A stretch of 31,854 bases of DNA. Source: Thermoproteota archaeon (lineage in GTDB: Archaea > Asgardarchaeota > Jordiarchaeia > Jordiarchaeales > Freyrarchaeaceae). The notes below the pieces were generated by a model that was not told the origin of the DNA, did no database searches, and saw nothing but the letters and a program-made list of their open reading frames with translations. The DNA lies in contig JAPDJY010000057.1 in the NCBI GenBank assembly GCA_029258835.1, positions 1 to 31,854 on the forward strand, read 5' to 3'. The translations under genes and the position numbers were made by a program. Of the stretch, positions 8,832-17,646 are shown in pieces. Each line of letters opens with the position of its first letter. The first letter of the stretch is position 1.

Positions 8832-9365
8832 CTAATGACGTTCCGCCTCGACTATTCTTCTAATTCTTTCAACACCATTAACATCTTTTATGATCTTTGC
8901 TACGGATGGTGGAACAAGATCCTCCCATGGCTCTCCCTTAATAATTTTCTCCCTTATCCTAGTCGCACAATACTTCTCTCTTTCATAGAATGGTACCGGC
9001 TTAACTTCGTAGCCCGCCTCCTCAAAGAGAATCTTTACTAGAGAATTATTGGAATATACCACTTTGAAAGGGGGAACGAGGGAGACGACGTGAGACACCC
9101 ATAGGCGGTTATCGTTAACGTCGGGGATGGGAATAAGATAGTAGCGGGAAGGGGGGATATCCGCTTCATCTAGGGAGAGGCGAATCATGAGGATTCGCTC
9201 CCCAGCCTTAAACGGGTCTTTACGAGTATGGCTATACTGGGCGCTTCCGACTCCTATTATGATCTCGTCTACCTCGTTTAATAGGGATTTAACTGCGTGG
9301 AGATGTCCTATATGGAAGGGTTGGAAGCGCCCTATGAAAAGACCTCTAAGCTTTCCAAGCTTCAT
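8832..9365 (-). CDS. nadM: Nicotinamide-nucleotide adenylyltransferase (archaeal NMNAT)
   Basis: 'GRFQPFHIGH', 'GSAQ', 'GERI', 'ATRIR', 'WEDLVP'. Confidence 0.92.
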   Translation of the reverse strand: MKLGKLRGLFIGRFQPFHIGHLHAVKSLLNEVDEIIIGVGSAQYSHTRKDPFKAGERILMIRLSLDEADIPPSRYYLIPIPDVNDNRLWVSHVVSLVPPFKVVYSNNSLVKILFEEAGYEVKPVPFYEREKYCATRIREKIIKGEPWEDLVPPSVAKIIKDVNGVERIRRIVEAERH

Positions 9366-9457
9366 CTAAGACAACCTCTTCCCACCTAGTTCACAATCCA
9401 CTAGCCACATCAGCCTTAAACCTTTTCTCTCTCCTTAACGATTTAAAAGTTGAGGGG

Positions 9458-10270
9458 TTGATCATGAGACCTATTATAGCTCTTTTAACAGACTTTGGAT
9501 TGAGGGACGCCTTCGTTGCGTCGATGAAAGGGTTGATACTGTCCATATGTTCTGATGTGGAAATAGTGGATGTAACACATGAAGTTAACAGGTTTGACGT
9601 TTTACACGGTGCACTAGTTTTATCCTCGGCAGCGAGGTACTTTCCGGAGGGAACAATTTTTGTTGGAGTAGTTGACCCAGGAGTTGGAACGAGAAGACGT
9701 GGAATAGTTATTGAGACTGAAAGACATATAGCTGTTGGGCCAGACAATGGCCTACTTAGCCTCTTAGCGGAGAAGGAGGATGTAAAAGGGGTTTACGAGA
9801 TACGCCGTAAAGAGCTTACCTTAGACGCGCCGTTTGAAACATTTCATGGATTAACCGTCTTTTCCTCTGTTGCGGCACATATAGCTAAAGGGGTTCCTCC
9901 GAGCTTGGTTGGGCCACGCGTAGAAGAGTATGTTAGGATACGTATTCCTAAACCGGAAGTAGCCGGGTCGGAGATTACGGCAAGGATAATACACGTAGAC
10001 CAGTTCGGAAACCTCGTGACAAACGTAGACTTGAACACTCTCCGAGCGGTCAACGTCAAGGAGGGAGCCAAGCTTAGATTCAAGTTTAAAGGAGGAGGCA
10101 TCGAGGTACCATTTGAAAAGGCTTACGGGTACGTACCGGAGGGAGAGTGCGTCTGCGTTCTAGACAGCTACGAATTCCTAGAGTTAGCTGTTAACCAGGG
10201 GGACGCGTCGAAGAAGCTGGGTTTAGGAGGAGGCGACGTGGTTAAGATCACGGTTCTACCGGAAAGGTGA
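9458..10270 (+). CDS. SAM hydroxide adenosyltransferase / SAM-dependent halogenase family (DUF62)
   Basis: 'LLTDFG', 'VVDPGVGTRRR', 'GPDNG', 'TFHG', 'DQFGN', 'ELAVNQG'. Confidence 0.92.
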   Translation: MIMRPIIALLTDFGLRDAFVASMKGLILSICSDVEIVDVTHEVNRFDVLHGALVLSSAARYFPEGTIFVGVVDPGVGTRRRGIVIETERHIAVGPDNGLLSLLAEKEDVKGVYEIRRKELTLDAPFETFHGLTVFSSVAAHIAKGVPPSLVGPRVEEYVRIRIPKPEVAGSEITARIIHVDQFGNLVTNVDLNTLRAVNVKEGAKLRFKFKGGGIEVPFEKAYGYVPEGECVCVLDSYEFLELAVNQGDASKKLGLGGGDVVKITVLPER

Positions 10271-12484
10271 GGATTCGAGCTTTTTAAGGATCTCACCGAA
10301 CACCTTTTTCTCCTCTCCACCCGATAGCTGATATAATTTCTTTAGGATCAGTTCAGGCGTCGACCTAGCAAGGTAGTTGAACCTAGGGTTCCTGTCCACT
10401 ATCAAATTGAAGTTTTCGTCGAGGCCGCTTGCCGCTATCCCGTCGACTCTAACCCTTCCCTCGGTGAGGGAGACAATTTCCTTTGCAAGATGGCTTATCA
10501 CAACTACGCAAGTATCCTTCTGGGTCTCTAGGAGGTCTAGTAGTCCGGCTATTATAACGGCTGCTGCACCGCTTTCAGTCATAGCTTCTATCTCGTCGAA
10601 GAGGGCAAGCTTAGGCGTTGGATTGGAGGCTATTGCCGCGAATCTTTTAAGAGTTGTTTCGAGCGCCCCTGCGGAGAGCATGCCCGCCGCCTTCTCGAAA
10701 AAGTATATTTCTTCGAATGGCCCTACGATTGCCTCCTCAGCTGGAACCGGGAGGCCCATCTGAGCAAGGAGGCATACTTGAGCTATAAGTTGTATAAGCG
10801 TTGTTTTTCCGCCAGAGTTTGCACCGGAGAGAATTACCACTCTCTCCCCGTTTGTCCCCTCCGGTCTCGCACCCACGTCACCTATGACATAATTTACGGG
10901 AACGACCCTTTCTTTTCCTTCCAGCTCCATCCTTTTAAGGAAAAGGTTTTTTCCTTTTTTGAAGAAGACACCCGCTCCCTCAACAATACGGGGAGTGTTG
11001 AGTTCGTAGTCTCTTGCAAAGCAACCAACTGCGAAGTATAGGTCGAATTCTAAGGCTGTGTAAATCGCTTCCTCAACCTTCCTTCGGTATCCTGAGAGTT
11101 CACGGGCTACTTCACGCAGGACACGGTACGACCTTAAGGCCTGCTGCCTTCTCAGCCACGTTTCAAGCTCAGATATCTTCCTCGGGTTCATCGAGACAGG
11201 TAAGGCTGGCTCGTCGGGGAAAAGGCCTTCAAGCCATAAAACCTCCTTTTCGGAAAGGCCTAGGGACTGGTAAAACTTTTTCTCGGCTTCATTTATCGTG
11301 CTAAAAATAACATCGTTAACCTCTGGGGGAAGATAGCTTCTAAGCCTTCCCGCCTCAAAAGCCGAGCTACTGGCTTCTTCGAGTATTCTTATGATTTGCT
11401 CCCCTCTCAGCCTTGCCTCGCTCTCAGCGAGCCTCCCTCTTATTTCCTCATTAACCCAAGCTTCTACTTCAGCCACCGCCTCGTTAAGCCCTCTTAAAGC
11501 AACCCTGTACCTGTCCAGTTCCTGGTTAACCCCCTCAGCTACCTCCCCCTTCTCCGTAATATAGCTAAGCAGCTCCCTAACTCTGTCCAGAGTGTTCCTA
11601 TCCAGCTTCTCAACTAGATCCTTCAAGCTTTCTACTTCGGGAAGAAGCGAGATGACGGACGACAGCTCGCAGACGGCATTTATAACATCATAGTTTGCCG
11701 AGTAAAACCATATGGCAGCCTCCGGGACGACATCCTCAACACTCCATTTACGTGGAGCCGTAACTAAATTTTCGGCGTACTCGTCTACTCCCTCGCCGAC
11801 GTAAATAACTAGGTCGTACCCCTCAGCATAGTCGATGAGACGTTCCCCCTCACTTATGAGGAAGGTTGTGCAGTAACGGTCTACGCCTGCATCCTTTAAC
11901 CGTTTATATTCGTCTTCGTCACGGGTAATCACGGCTCTACCCTTAATTTTCCCCTTCAATTCCCCTTTCCTGAGAGGTCTAACTCTTCGGAGGGCAGACA
12001 GCACACGGTTGATGGCGGCGTCGTCGGATCCTTCAATCATGTTCTTAGCTTCCGAGAAGGCTCTAAGCCTCTCTAGTGCCTTCTCAATCTTCGAGGCTGG
12101 GTAAGGCCAGAGGAGGCGGAGTTTGTGTTTAGCGTAATCTGTCTGTGCATATTCCTGAATAAGCTTTAATGTGTCTTCATAAATTCGTTTAATTCCCTCG
12201 GTTTTCAAGACTTCATCCCATCTAACCCCCTCCACGAGTTCCCGCGCTCTTCTAACTATGGTATAAGCCTTACCTATACCAATCCCCGGCACGTTTCCAA
12301 TTTCAGCAATTCTACCCTCCAAGATCGCGTTCAACGCCTCCTCCTCTGAGCCGAAAAAATCAATGAGCCTGCGTTTAATACGCTCCCCCACACCCTCCAC
12401 GTCGCTGAGCTTCACCTTAACATCCTCCGTGAGAAACTGTTCCACAAAGACACCTTTAAAACTTAGCGGAACATCCAGAAACAA
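10256..12484 (-). CDS. Archaeal MutS-like ATPase (MutS5-type; N-terminal HhH motifs, C-terminal MutS domain V)
   Basis: HhH motifs 'VEGVGE' and 'VPGIGIGKA'; Walker A 'GANSGGKTT'; 'LAQMGLPVPA'; Walker B 'LFDEIE'; 'ISHL'. The true start may lie a few codons inside. Confidence 0.85.
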   Translation of the reverse strand: MFLDVPLSFKGVFVEQFLTEDVKVKLSDVEGVGERIKRRLIDFFGSEEEALNAILEGRIAEIGNVPGIGIGKAYTIVRRARELVEGVRWDEVLKTEGIKRIYEDTLKLIQEYAQTDYAKHKLRLLWPYPASKIEKALERLRAFSEAKNMIEGSDDAAINRVLSALRRVRPLRKGELKGKIKGRAVITRDEDEYKRLKDAGVDRYCTTFLISEGERLIDYAEGYDLVIYVGEGVDEYAENLVTAPRKWSVEDVVPEAAIWFYSANYDVINAVCELSSVISLLPEVESLKDLVEKLDRNTLDRVRELLSYITEKGEVAEGVNQELDRYRVALRGLNEAVAEVEAWVNEEIRGRLAESEARLRGEQIIRILEEASSSAFEAGRLRSYLPPEVNDVIFSTINEAEKKFYQSLGLSEKEVLWLEGLFPDEPALPVSMNPRKISELETWLRRQQALRSYRVLREVARELSGYRRKVEEAIYTALEFDLYFAVGCFARDYELNTPRIVEGAGVFFKKGKNLFLKRMELEGKERVVPVNYVIGDVGARPEGTNGERVVILSGANSGGKTTLIQLIAQVCLLAQMGLPVPAEEAIVGPFEEIYFFEKAAGMLSAGALETTLKRFAAIASNPTPKLALFDEIEAMTESGAAAVIIAGLLDLLETQKDTCVVVISHLAKEIVSLTEGRVRVDGIAASGLDENFNLIVDRNPRFNYLARSTPELILKKLYQLSGGEEKKVFGEILKKLESSPFR

Positions 12485-12509
12485 TGAATAGGATCAGAGG
12501 GGTGGTCGG

Positions 12510-13076
12510 GTGGAGACACTAATATTGGTTATAGGAGACTTTCACGTTCCCGACAGGGTTCCGGAGGTGCCGCAACAGGTTAAGAGGTTTGTTGAATCCA
12601 ACAGCTTCAACATCATCCTTTCAACCGGGGACTTAACTTCAGAAAAAGTTTTAGAATGGCTAAAGAGGCAGGCCCCCTTGAAAGTGGTTATGGGAAACAT
12701 GGACTACCTTCCTCTTCCAAAGGAGGAGAAAATCGAAGTCCACCGGTTAAAGATAGGGCTGACCCATGGGACAGACGTATGGCCTCGGGGAGATGAAAGG
12801 CAACTCGTGAAGATAGCTGAAAGAATGGACGTGGACATTCTGATTTCAGGCCACACACACCGCCCAGCCATATCCCTAAGGAATGGCAGGCTGCTCATTA
12901 ACCCTGGAAGCGCGACGGGGGCATGGGGTGGATCATCGGATTGGACGACGCCCAGTTTTATGACGATGAAGATCTCTGGAGAAAAGTTAGAAGTAGAAAC
13001 CTTTATCTTAGCTGAAAAATTAAAGAGACAGCTAAAATCCTTCAAAAAAGAAGAAGTGATTGAAGAGTGGCGGTGA
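12510..13076 (+). CDS. Vps29/YfcE-like metallophosphoesterase
   Basis: 'IGDFHVP', 'GD', 'GNMD', 'THG', 'VDILISGHTH', 'NPGSATGA', 'PSF'. Confidence 0.9.
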   Translation: METLILVIGDFHVPDRVPEVPQQVKRFVESNSFNIILSTGDLTSEKVLEWLKRQAPLKVVMGNMDYLPLPKEEKIEVHRLKIGLTHGTDVWPRGDERQLVKIAERMDVDILISGHTHRPAISLRNGRLLINPGSATGAWGGSSDWTTPSFMTMKISGEKLEVETFILAEKLKRQLKSFKKEEVIEEWR

Positions 13077-13610
13077 GACGAACACGCTACTATTTTCTGG
13101 TTTAGCAATTTTTCGTTTGCAAGTAAACAATTGTGACCGTAAACCTTCCTTATTCATTTATTTTTGGAGGATTCTGCTAAAAGAGAATGATCACGCCTCT
13201 CCACATGTTTAGTTTCGCCTATTTATTCCTTCCACTCAACCTCTACTTTTTTATGCCAAAAATGAGAGTAAAGCAGAAGTGATGGTATATACCTATAATC
13301 GAGCAGAACTTAACCTCTCATTGTTTAGGCTAGGAGTATAGTATGTTACTCTTATTTCATATGATATGGCGTTGCTGTTCTTACCGAGTATTTACTCAGT
13401 CTTTTTCAACATATTCCCCGTCTAAAAACGAGAATCACAAACGGGAAACCTCGACCTGCCTCTAGGAGGCCTTAGACTTAAGTAATCAACTACCCTTAGG
13501 AGAAAAGCCGATTAAATGGTTTTTACAACTGAAAACACGGCTCCACAAAGTTACGAAAAAGAATGAGAAAGGTTTTACACGTAAAAATGTATTAAGCTGA
13601 TGATTTAAAA

Positions 13611-14288
13611 TTACGAAACAAGTTTTGTTGTGAGTTTCTCGACTATTCTGTCCCAGATCTCTGTGTGCTCTGCCTCTTCGTCATAGAAGATCTTTGTCCT
13701 GTTGATTTCCAGTGCCCCGGGAGCCGGGCATGCATTAACGCAAAGGCCGCACAGAATGCATTTATCCTGGTCGATCTGGACTCTAGGAGCTTTTTCCCAT
13801 GGCTTCTCTGGCTTAGGTATGATAATCGCCTCATTAGGGCATACTTCAGCGCAGGTGGAGCAGCCAGCTGGGCAAAGCTCCCAGTGAGCGATTACCTCGC
13901 CTTCAGCGTACTTCTTAGCTTTCTTCCCTTTTTTGGCTGTTATAATTTCTTTATACTGGAGAGGAGGTAAAGCGCCTTCCTCGACTAGGATCAGTCGGGG
14001 TTCACCGTTGATCCTGAGCTCTAAGGCTTCAAAGGGACACATGTAAGAGCAAACGCCACAGAAGCTACACTTTTTCTCGTCTACCAGCACCGGTGGTAAA
14101 TTAGCGTATCCTTTCCCAATAGCTCCTACAGGCCCTCTACGGATGGCTTCCTTCGGGCAAACAAGTGTACATGTTCCACATCCGACACATTTGTTTAAGT
14201 CTAGTGTCAACGTGATGTCAACATCAAGCGTTTTCATCCTAGTAACGACCTTGTCCTCTTTAATTTCAGATGCAAAGTATGGATACAC
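13611..14288 (-). CDS. Polyferredoxin (4 x 4Fe-4S), FwdF-like
   Basis: Four CxxCxxCxxxCP-type motifs; lies next to fwd genes. Confidence 0.8.
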   Translation of the reverse strand: MYPYFASEIKEDKVVTRMKTLDVDITLTLDLNKCVGCGTCTLVCPKEAIRRGPVGAIGKGYANLPPVLVDEKKCSFCGVCSYMCPFEALELRINGEPRLILVEEGALPPLQYKEIITAKKGKKAKKYAEGEVIAHWELCPAGCSTCAEVCPNEAIIIPKPEKPWEKAPRVQIDQDKCILCGLCVNACPAPGALEINRTKIFYDEEAEHTEIWDRIVEKLTTKLVS

Positions 14289-14300
14289 TAAACCACCACC

Positions 14301-14555
14301 TTACCTAGCTATTTTCAAAGTTATGGCTTTTGGGCCGCATGCGGATATGCAAACGCCGCATCCGTCGCAGAAGCTCTGATTCACCACAAACGCCTTTCCG
14401 TTCCTCACGATTATCGTGTAGTTTTCCTCTTCTCCTCTCTTCTCCGGGGGCAAACTGGCATTATGGGGGCAAGCGGTCGCGCAGTCGCCACACCCAACAC
14501 AGAGGGAGGGATTTATGTGAAGCTCGTACATGTTTTGAAGATTGTACTCCATCAT
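14301..14555 (-). CDS. 2x[4Fe-4S] ferredoxin, FwdG-like
   Basis: 'CVGCGDCATACPHN' and 'CDGCGVCISACG'. Confidence 0.8.
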   Translation of the reverse strand: MMEYNLQNMYELHINPSLCVGCGDCATACPHNASLPPEKRGEEENYTIIVRNGKAFVVNQSFCDGCGVCISACGPKAITLKIAR

Positions 14556-14796
14556 TAAATATTCCTCCCAGCCTTAATATTGCCAACGTCCAGCAATGAC
14601 TCGCTATTTACGGGAACAACCATCCTTAAAAAAATATCCTTTATCCTCCTTAAAAAGCGGACGGAAGACCTGTGTATGTCTGGAAAAACAACATCGTAAG
14701 TGAACCATAGAAGGATTCTTTTACAGGTAAATGAACGCCTAGCTGACAGCCCAAACTTTAAATATCACTTGGAGAATCGTTGCGTGAAGGTATCTG

Positions 14797-15072
14797 GTGG
14801 TATTTGTGAAAAGGAAAAGGATAATTATCAACACGGATGTGTGCTGGGGCTGTGGCAACTGTGTTCAAGCATGCCCGTTTAATCCTGAACACAGGAAGGT
14901 GCCTCTAATGTGGATGAAGCGCGCACCGATTTTACGGCTGGTAAATGGCGTATCCCGCGTGGTAAGTGATGCTTGTTACGAGCTGCTTCCTAGATGCAGA
15001 ATATGCGAGGAAGCATGCCCCAGCGGAGCCCTAAAAGTTATTAAAGTAGAGGAGGAAACTCTACCCGTGTAG
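14797..15072 (+). CDS. 2x[4Fe-4S] ferredoxin, FwdG-like
   Basis: 'CWGCGNCVQACPFN' and 'C...CRICEEACP'; directly upstream of fwdD. Confidence 0.78.
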   Translation: MVFVKRKRIIINTDVCWGCGNCVQACPFNPEHRKVPLMWMKRAPILRLVNGVSRVVSDACYELLPRCRICEEACPSGALKVIKVEEETLPV

Positions 15073-15087
15073 TTGGAGGGTGAAAAG

Positions 15088-15483
15088 ATGAGTGGGAAGC
15101 TTGAAATGACCCTTATAACTTGTAGGACCGTGGAGCAAGGTGCTGCGAGAGAAGGAGAAAAAATGGGTTATAAGTACATGAGGGCTTGCGGAAAGTGTTA
15201 CATGGATTACGAGGACATGAAAGCATTAGGTCTTCTTCCAGGAGACACCGTTAGGTTAAGGACGAGGCATGGCGAAGTTGTGTTGAGCGTGGAGAGATCA
15301 CCTGATGCACCGCATAGAGGGGTTGTGTTTGTTCCGTTGGGACCATGGGCCAATCAAATAGTGGATCCCGAGACGGACTCGACAGGGATGCCGTCACTTA
15401 AGGCTATACCGGTAACCGTAGAGCCGGCACCCGAAGAGCGCGTTCCAGACATAAAAGCCCTGATAAGTGGCTTACAAAAATAA
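15088..15483 (+). CDS. fwdD: Formylmethanofuran dehydrogenase subunit D
   Basis: 'TCRTVEQG', 'FVPLGPWAN', 'TDSTGMPSLK'. ATG 15088 has a GGAGGGTGA RBS. Confidence 0.9.
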   Translation: MSGKLEMTLITCRTVEQGAAREGEKMGYKYMRACGKCYMDYEDMKALGLLPGDTVRLRTRHGEVVLSVERSPDAPHRGVVFVPLGPWANQIVDPETDSTGMPSLKAIPVTVEPAPEERVPDIKALISGLQK

Positions 15484-15569
15484 GAGGTTCACCAAAACCG
15501 TTATATTAAACACAGAATCCTTTAAACGCTAAGTAATTTATCCTTAACATGAAGTGGAGGTCTAATAGG

Positions 15570-16880
15570 ATGCCACGGGAAGTGGTACGAGACGTTGTCT
15601 GCCCTGTTTGCGGCTCCTTATGCGACGATGGCATAGTTGTGCTTGGCGATGGAGGACGAATTGTTGAAGTTGAAAATTTCTGCTCTGTAGGTGCTAGCAA
15701 GTTTCTTAATGCTCAAAGCGAGCACAGACTTAAAAAGCCCTTAATGAGGAAGAATGGTAAATTTGAAGAGGTGAGCTTAGAGGAGGCAGTTAAGGAGGTC
15801 GCAAACATACTAGCTAATGCTGAACGCCCTCTTCTTTACGGGTGGAGTAACGCTGAGTGTGACGCCCACAGGGTTGGGCTAGAGTTGGCGGAGGAGGTTG
15901 GAGGGATTATAGACAGCACCACGACCACGTGTCATGGGCCAACGGTGATAGCCGTCCAAGAAGTCGGGTGCTCCACTTGTACTCTTGGAGAAGTTAAAAA
16001 CAGAGCTGACGTTGTAGTTTACTGGGGTAGTAACCCGATCCATGCACATCCACGCCACATGTCACGATATACGATATTCCCGAGAGGGTTCTTCAGGGAT
16101 AAGGGTGAGAGGGACAGGACACTTATTGTGGTAGATGTAAGGAAAACGGACGCTGCAAAGCTTGCCGACTACTTCATCCAAGTTAAACCGGGGCACGATT
16201 ATGAAGTACTAGCTGCCATGCGCGCCATTTTAAAGGAGAAGCCGGTTAACACGGGCGAGATCGGAGGCGTCCCTGTTTCCAAAATAAAGGAAGTAGTAAA
16301 CGTTATGAAGAACGCCGGGTTTGGAGCTCTCTTCTTCGGCATGGGATTAACGATGAGTAGAGGGAAACACCGCAACGTAGACAATGCGATAAAGCTAGTG
16401 GCGGACCTTAACTCATATTCGAAATGGATTATTGCTCCAATGCGGGGCCACTATAATGTGACTGGAACCGGTGAGACATTCACGTGGGTGACTGGATACC
16501 CGTTTGGGATAGACTTCCAGAGAGGGTTCCCATACTACAACCCAGGGGAAACCACAGCCATCGACGTGCTTCTCAGAGAGGAGGTTGACGCCGCATTGAT
16601 CGTCGCCTCTGACCCCGTTTCACACTTCCCGGCAGCCGCCGTGAAGCACCTAGCGAGGATACCGGTCGCAACCATTGAGCCTCATCCGACACCAACCACG
16701 GAGATCTCAAAAATAGTGATCCCCCCAGCTATCGCTGGGATAGAGGCAGAAGGCACCGCCTATAGGATGGATCATGTACCTCTTCGACTGAGGAAGGTGG
16801 TTGATCCTCCAGAGGGATGCCTACCGGACAAAGAAATACTTGAAATGATCTTAGATGAGGTCAGGAAGATTAAGAAGTAA
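15570..16880 (+). CDS. fwdB: Formylmethanofuran dehydrogenase subunit B (Mo/W-pterin; Cys ligand)
   Basis: 'CPVCGSLCDD', 'TTCHGP', 'TLGEVKNRAD', 'HAHPRHMSRY', 'MRGHYNV', 'GTAYRMD'. ATG 15570 has GGAGGT upstream. Confidence 0.95.
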   Translation: MPREVVRDVVCPVCGSLCDDGIVVLGDGGRIVEVENFCSVGASKFLNAQSEHRLKKPLMRKNGKFEEVSLEEAVKEVANILANAERPLLYGWSNAECDAHRVGLELAEEVGGIIDSTTTTCHGPTVIAVQEVGCSTCTLGEVKNRADVVVYWGSNPIHAHPRHMSRYTIFPRGFFRDKGERDRTLIVVDVRKTDAAKLADYFIQVKPGHDYEVLAAMRAILKEKPVNTGEIGGVPVSKIKEVVNVMKNAGFGALFFGMGLTMSRGKHRNVDNAIKLVADLNSYSKWIIAPMRGHYNVTGTGETFTWVTGYPFGIDFQRGFPYYNPGETTAIDVLLREEVDAALIVASDPVSHFPAAAVKHLARIPVATIEPHPTPTTEISKIVIPPAIAGIEAEGTAYRMDHVPLRLRKVVDPPEGCLPDKEILEMILDEVRKIKK

Positions 16881-16961
16881 GAAAATAAGGGATAATTCAT
16901 TCTCTAAGAACTAGGAAAGTGATAATTCTCTTGAAAGTTTAATTATTTCCTACTATTTTTG

Positions 16962-17366
16962 CTACTCTGTCCTTCTGAGCTTGCTGAAAAGCGCTTTTAA
17001 CTCGCTCTGAAGCTGCATTCTTGCGCTTGCAGGACTTGGAGGTGTGGCTGGCTTAGGTGCTGTGGGTTTAGCTTCCACCGTGGGAGCCTTACTTGTTACT
17101 GGTTCATATCTCGGAGCAAGATCGGCTTCGCGTTCTTGAGGTAAGGGTGAGGCTGGTGTTGCGGTTGGTGTTATAGCAGGCTTGCTTTCCAGCGCGTTAA
17201 CTCTCCTACTTAAAGATTTTATTTCATTGTCGAGTTGATTTATTCTCTCTTCAAGCATCCCTACGGCATTTAAGATTATACTCACTAGCCCTGTTATTAT
17301 CTCTGCAAGCTGCTTGAGTTTCTTACTTTCCCCAAAATCTATCATAAACTCTATTTCATCGCTCAA
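16962..17366 (-). CDS. Coiled-coil plus Pro/Ala/Thr-rich linker plus C-terminal amphipathic (WH2-like) helix protein
   Basis: Heptads 'LEERINQLDNEIKSLSRRVNALES'; ends 'SARMQLQSELKALFSKLRRTE'. Probable start is TTG 17366 or ATG 17345 rather than 17540. Confidence 0.7.
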   Translation of the reverse strand: MSDEIEFMIDFGESKKLKQLAEIITGLVSIILNAVGMLEERINQLDNEIKSLSRRVNALESKPAITPTATPASPLPQEREADLAPRYEPVTSKAPTVEAKPTAPKPATPPSPASARMQLQSELKALFSKLRRTE

Positions 17367-17646
17367 AGGCACCGTCTCCTGTGAGCTTAAAGGATACTTT
17401 ACCCTCAACTCTAATAAACTTTTTCGAGAATATGTTTGAACGAGCTTTGACAAGCACCAGCCTCCTTTAACGTTTAAATTTTTTGCATGGTTATACGTGA
17501 ATAAATTTAGGAGGCGAATGTAATAGAGATCCATGTTCAACAGAGAGGAGGTAGTAAGTGGTTTAATTTGTAAGAAGCCCGTCGGAAGGCTAGCTAGTTG
17601 GCACGACGAGCCTGAATTGCAGCATTAATGATGAGGGTGTTGAAGA

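Noticed and set aside
9838-9864. DUF62 motif TFHGLT instead of TFHGRD as a sign of new chemistry
   Set aside because: The Asp-Arg-His triad (VVD, RRR, TFH) appears intact, so the evidence is insufficient.
13080-13610. About 530-nt AT-rich gap as a gene remnant or ncRNA
   Set aside because: No ORF, repeat or recognisable structure that I can support.
15549-16880. Selenocysteine recoding in FwdB
   Set aside because: The metal ligand codon is TGT (TTCHGP), and the ORF has no in-frame TGA.
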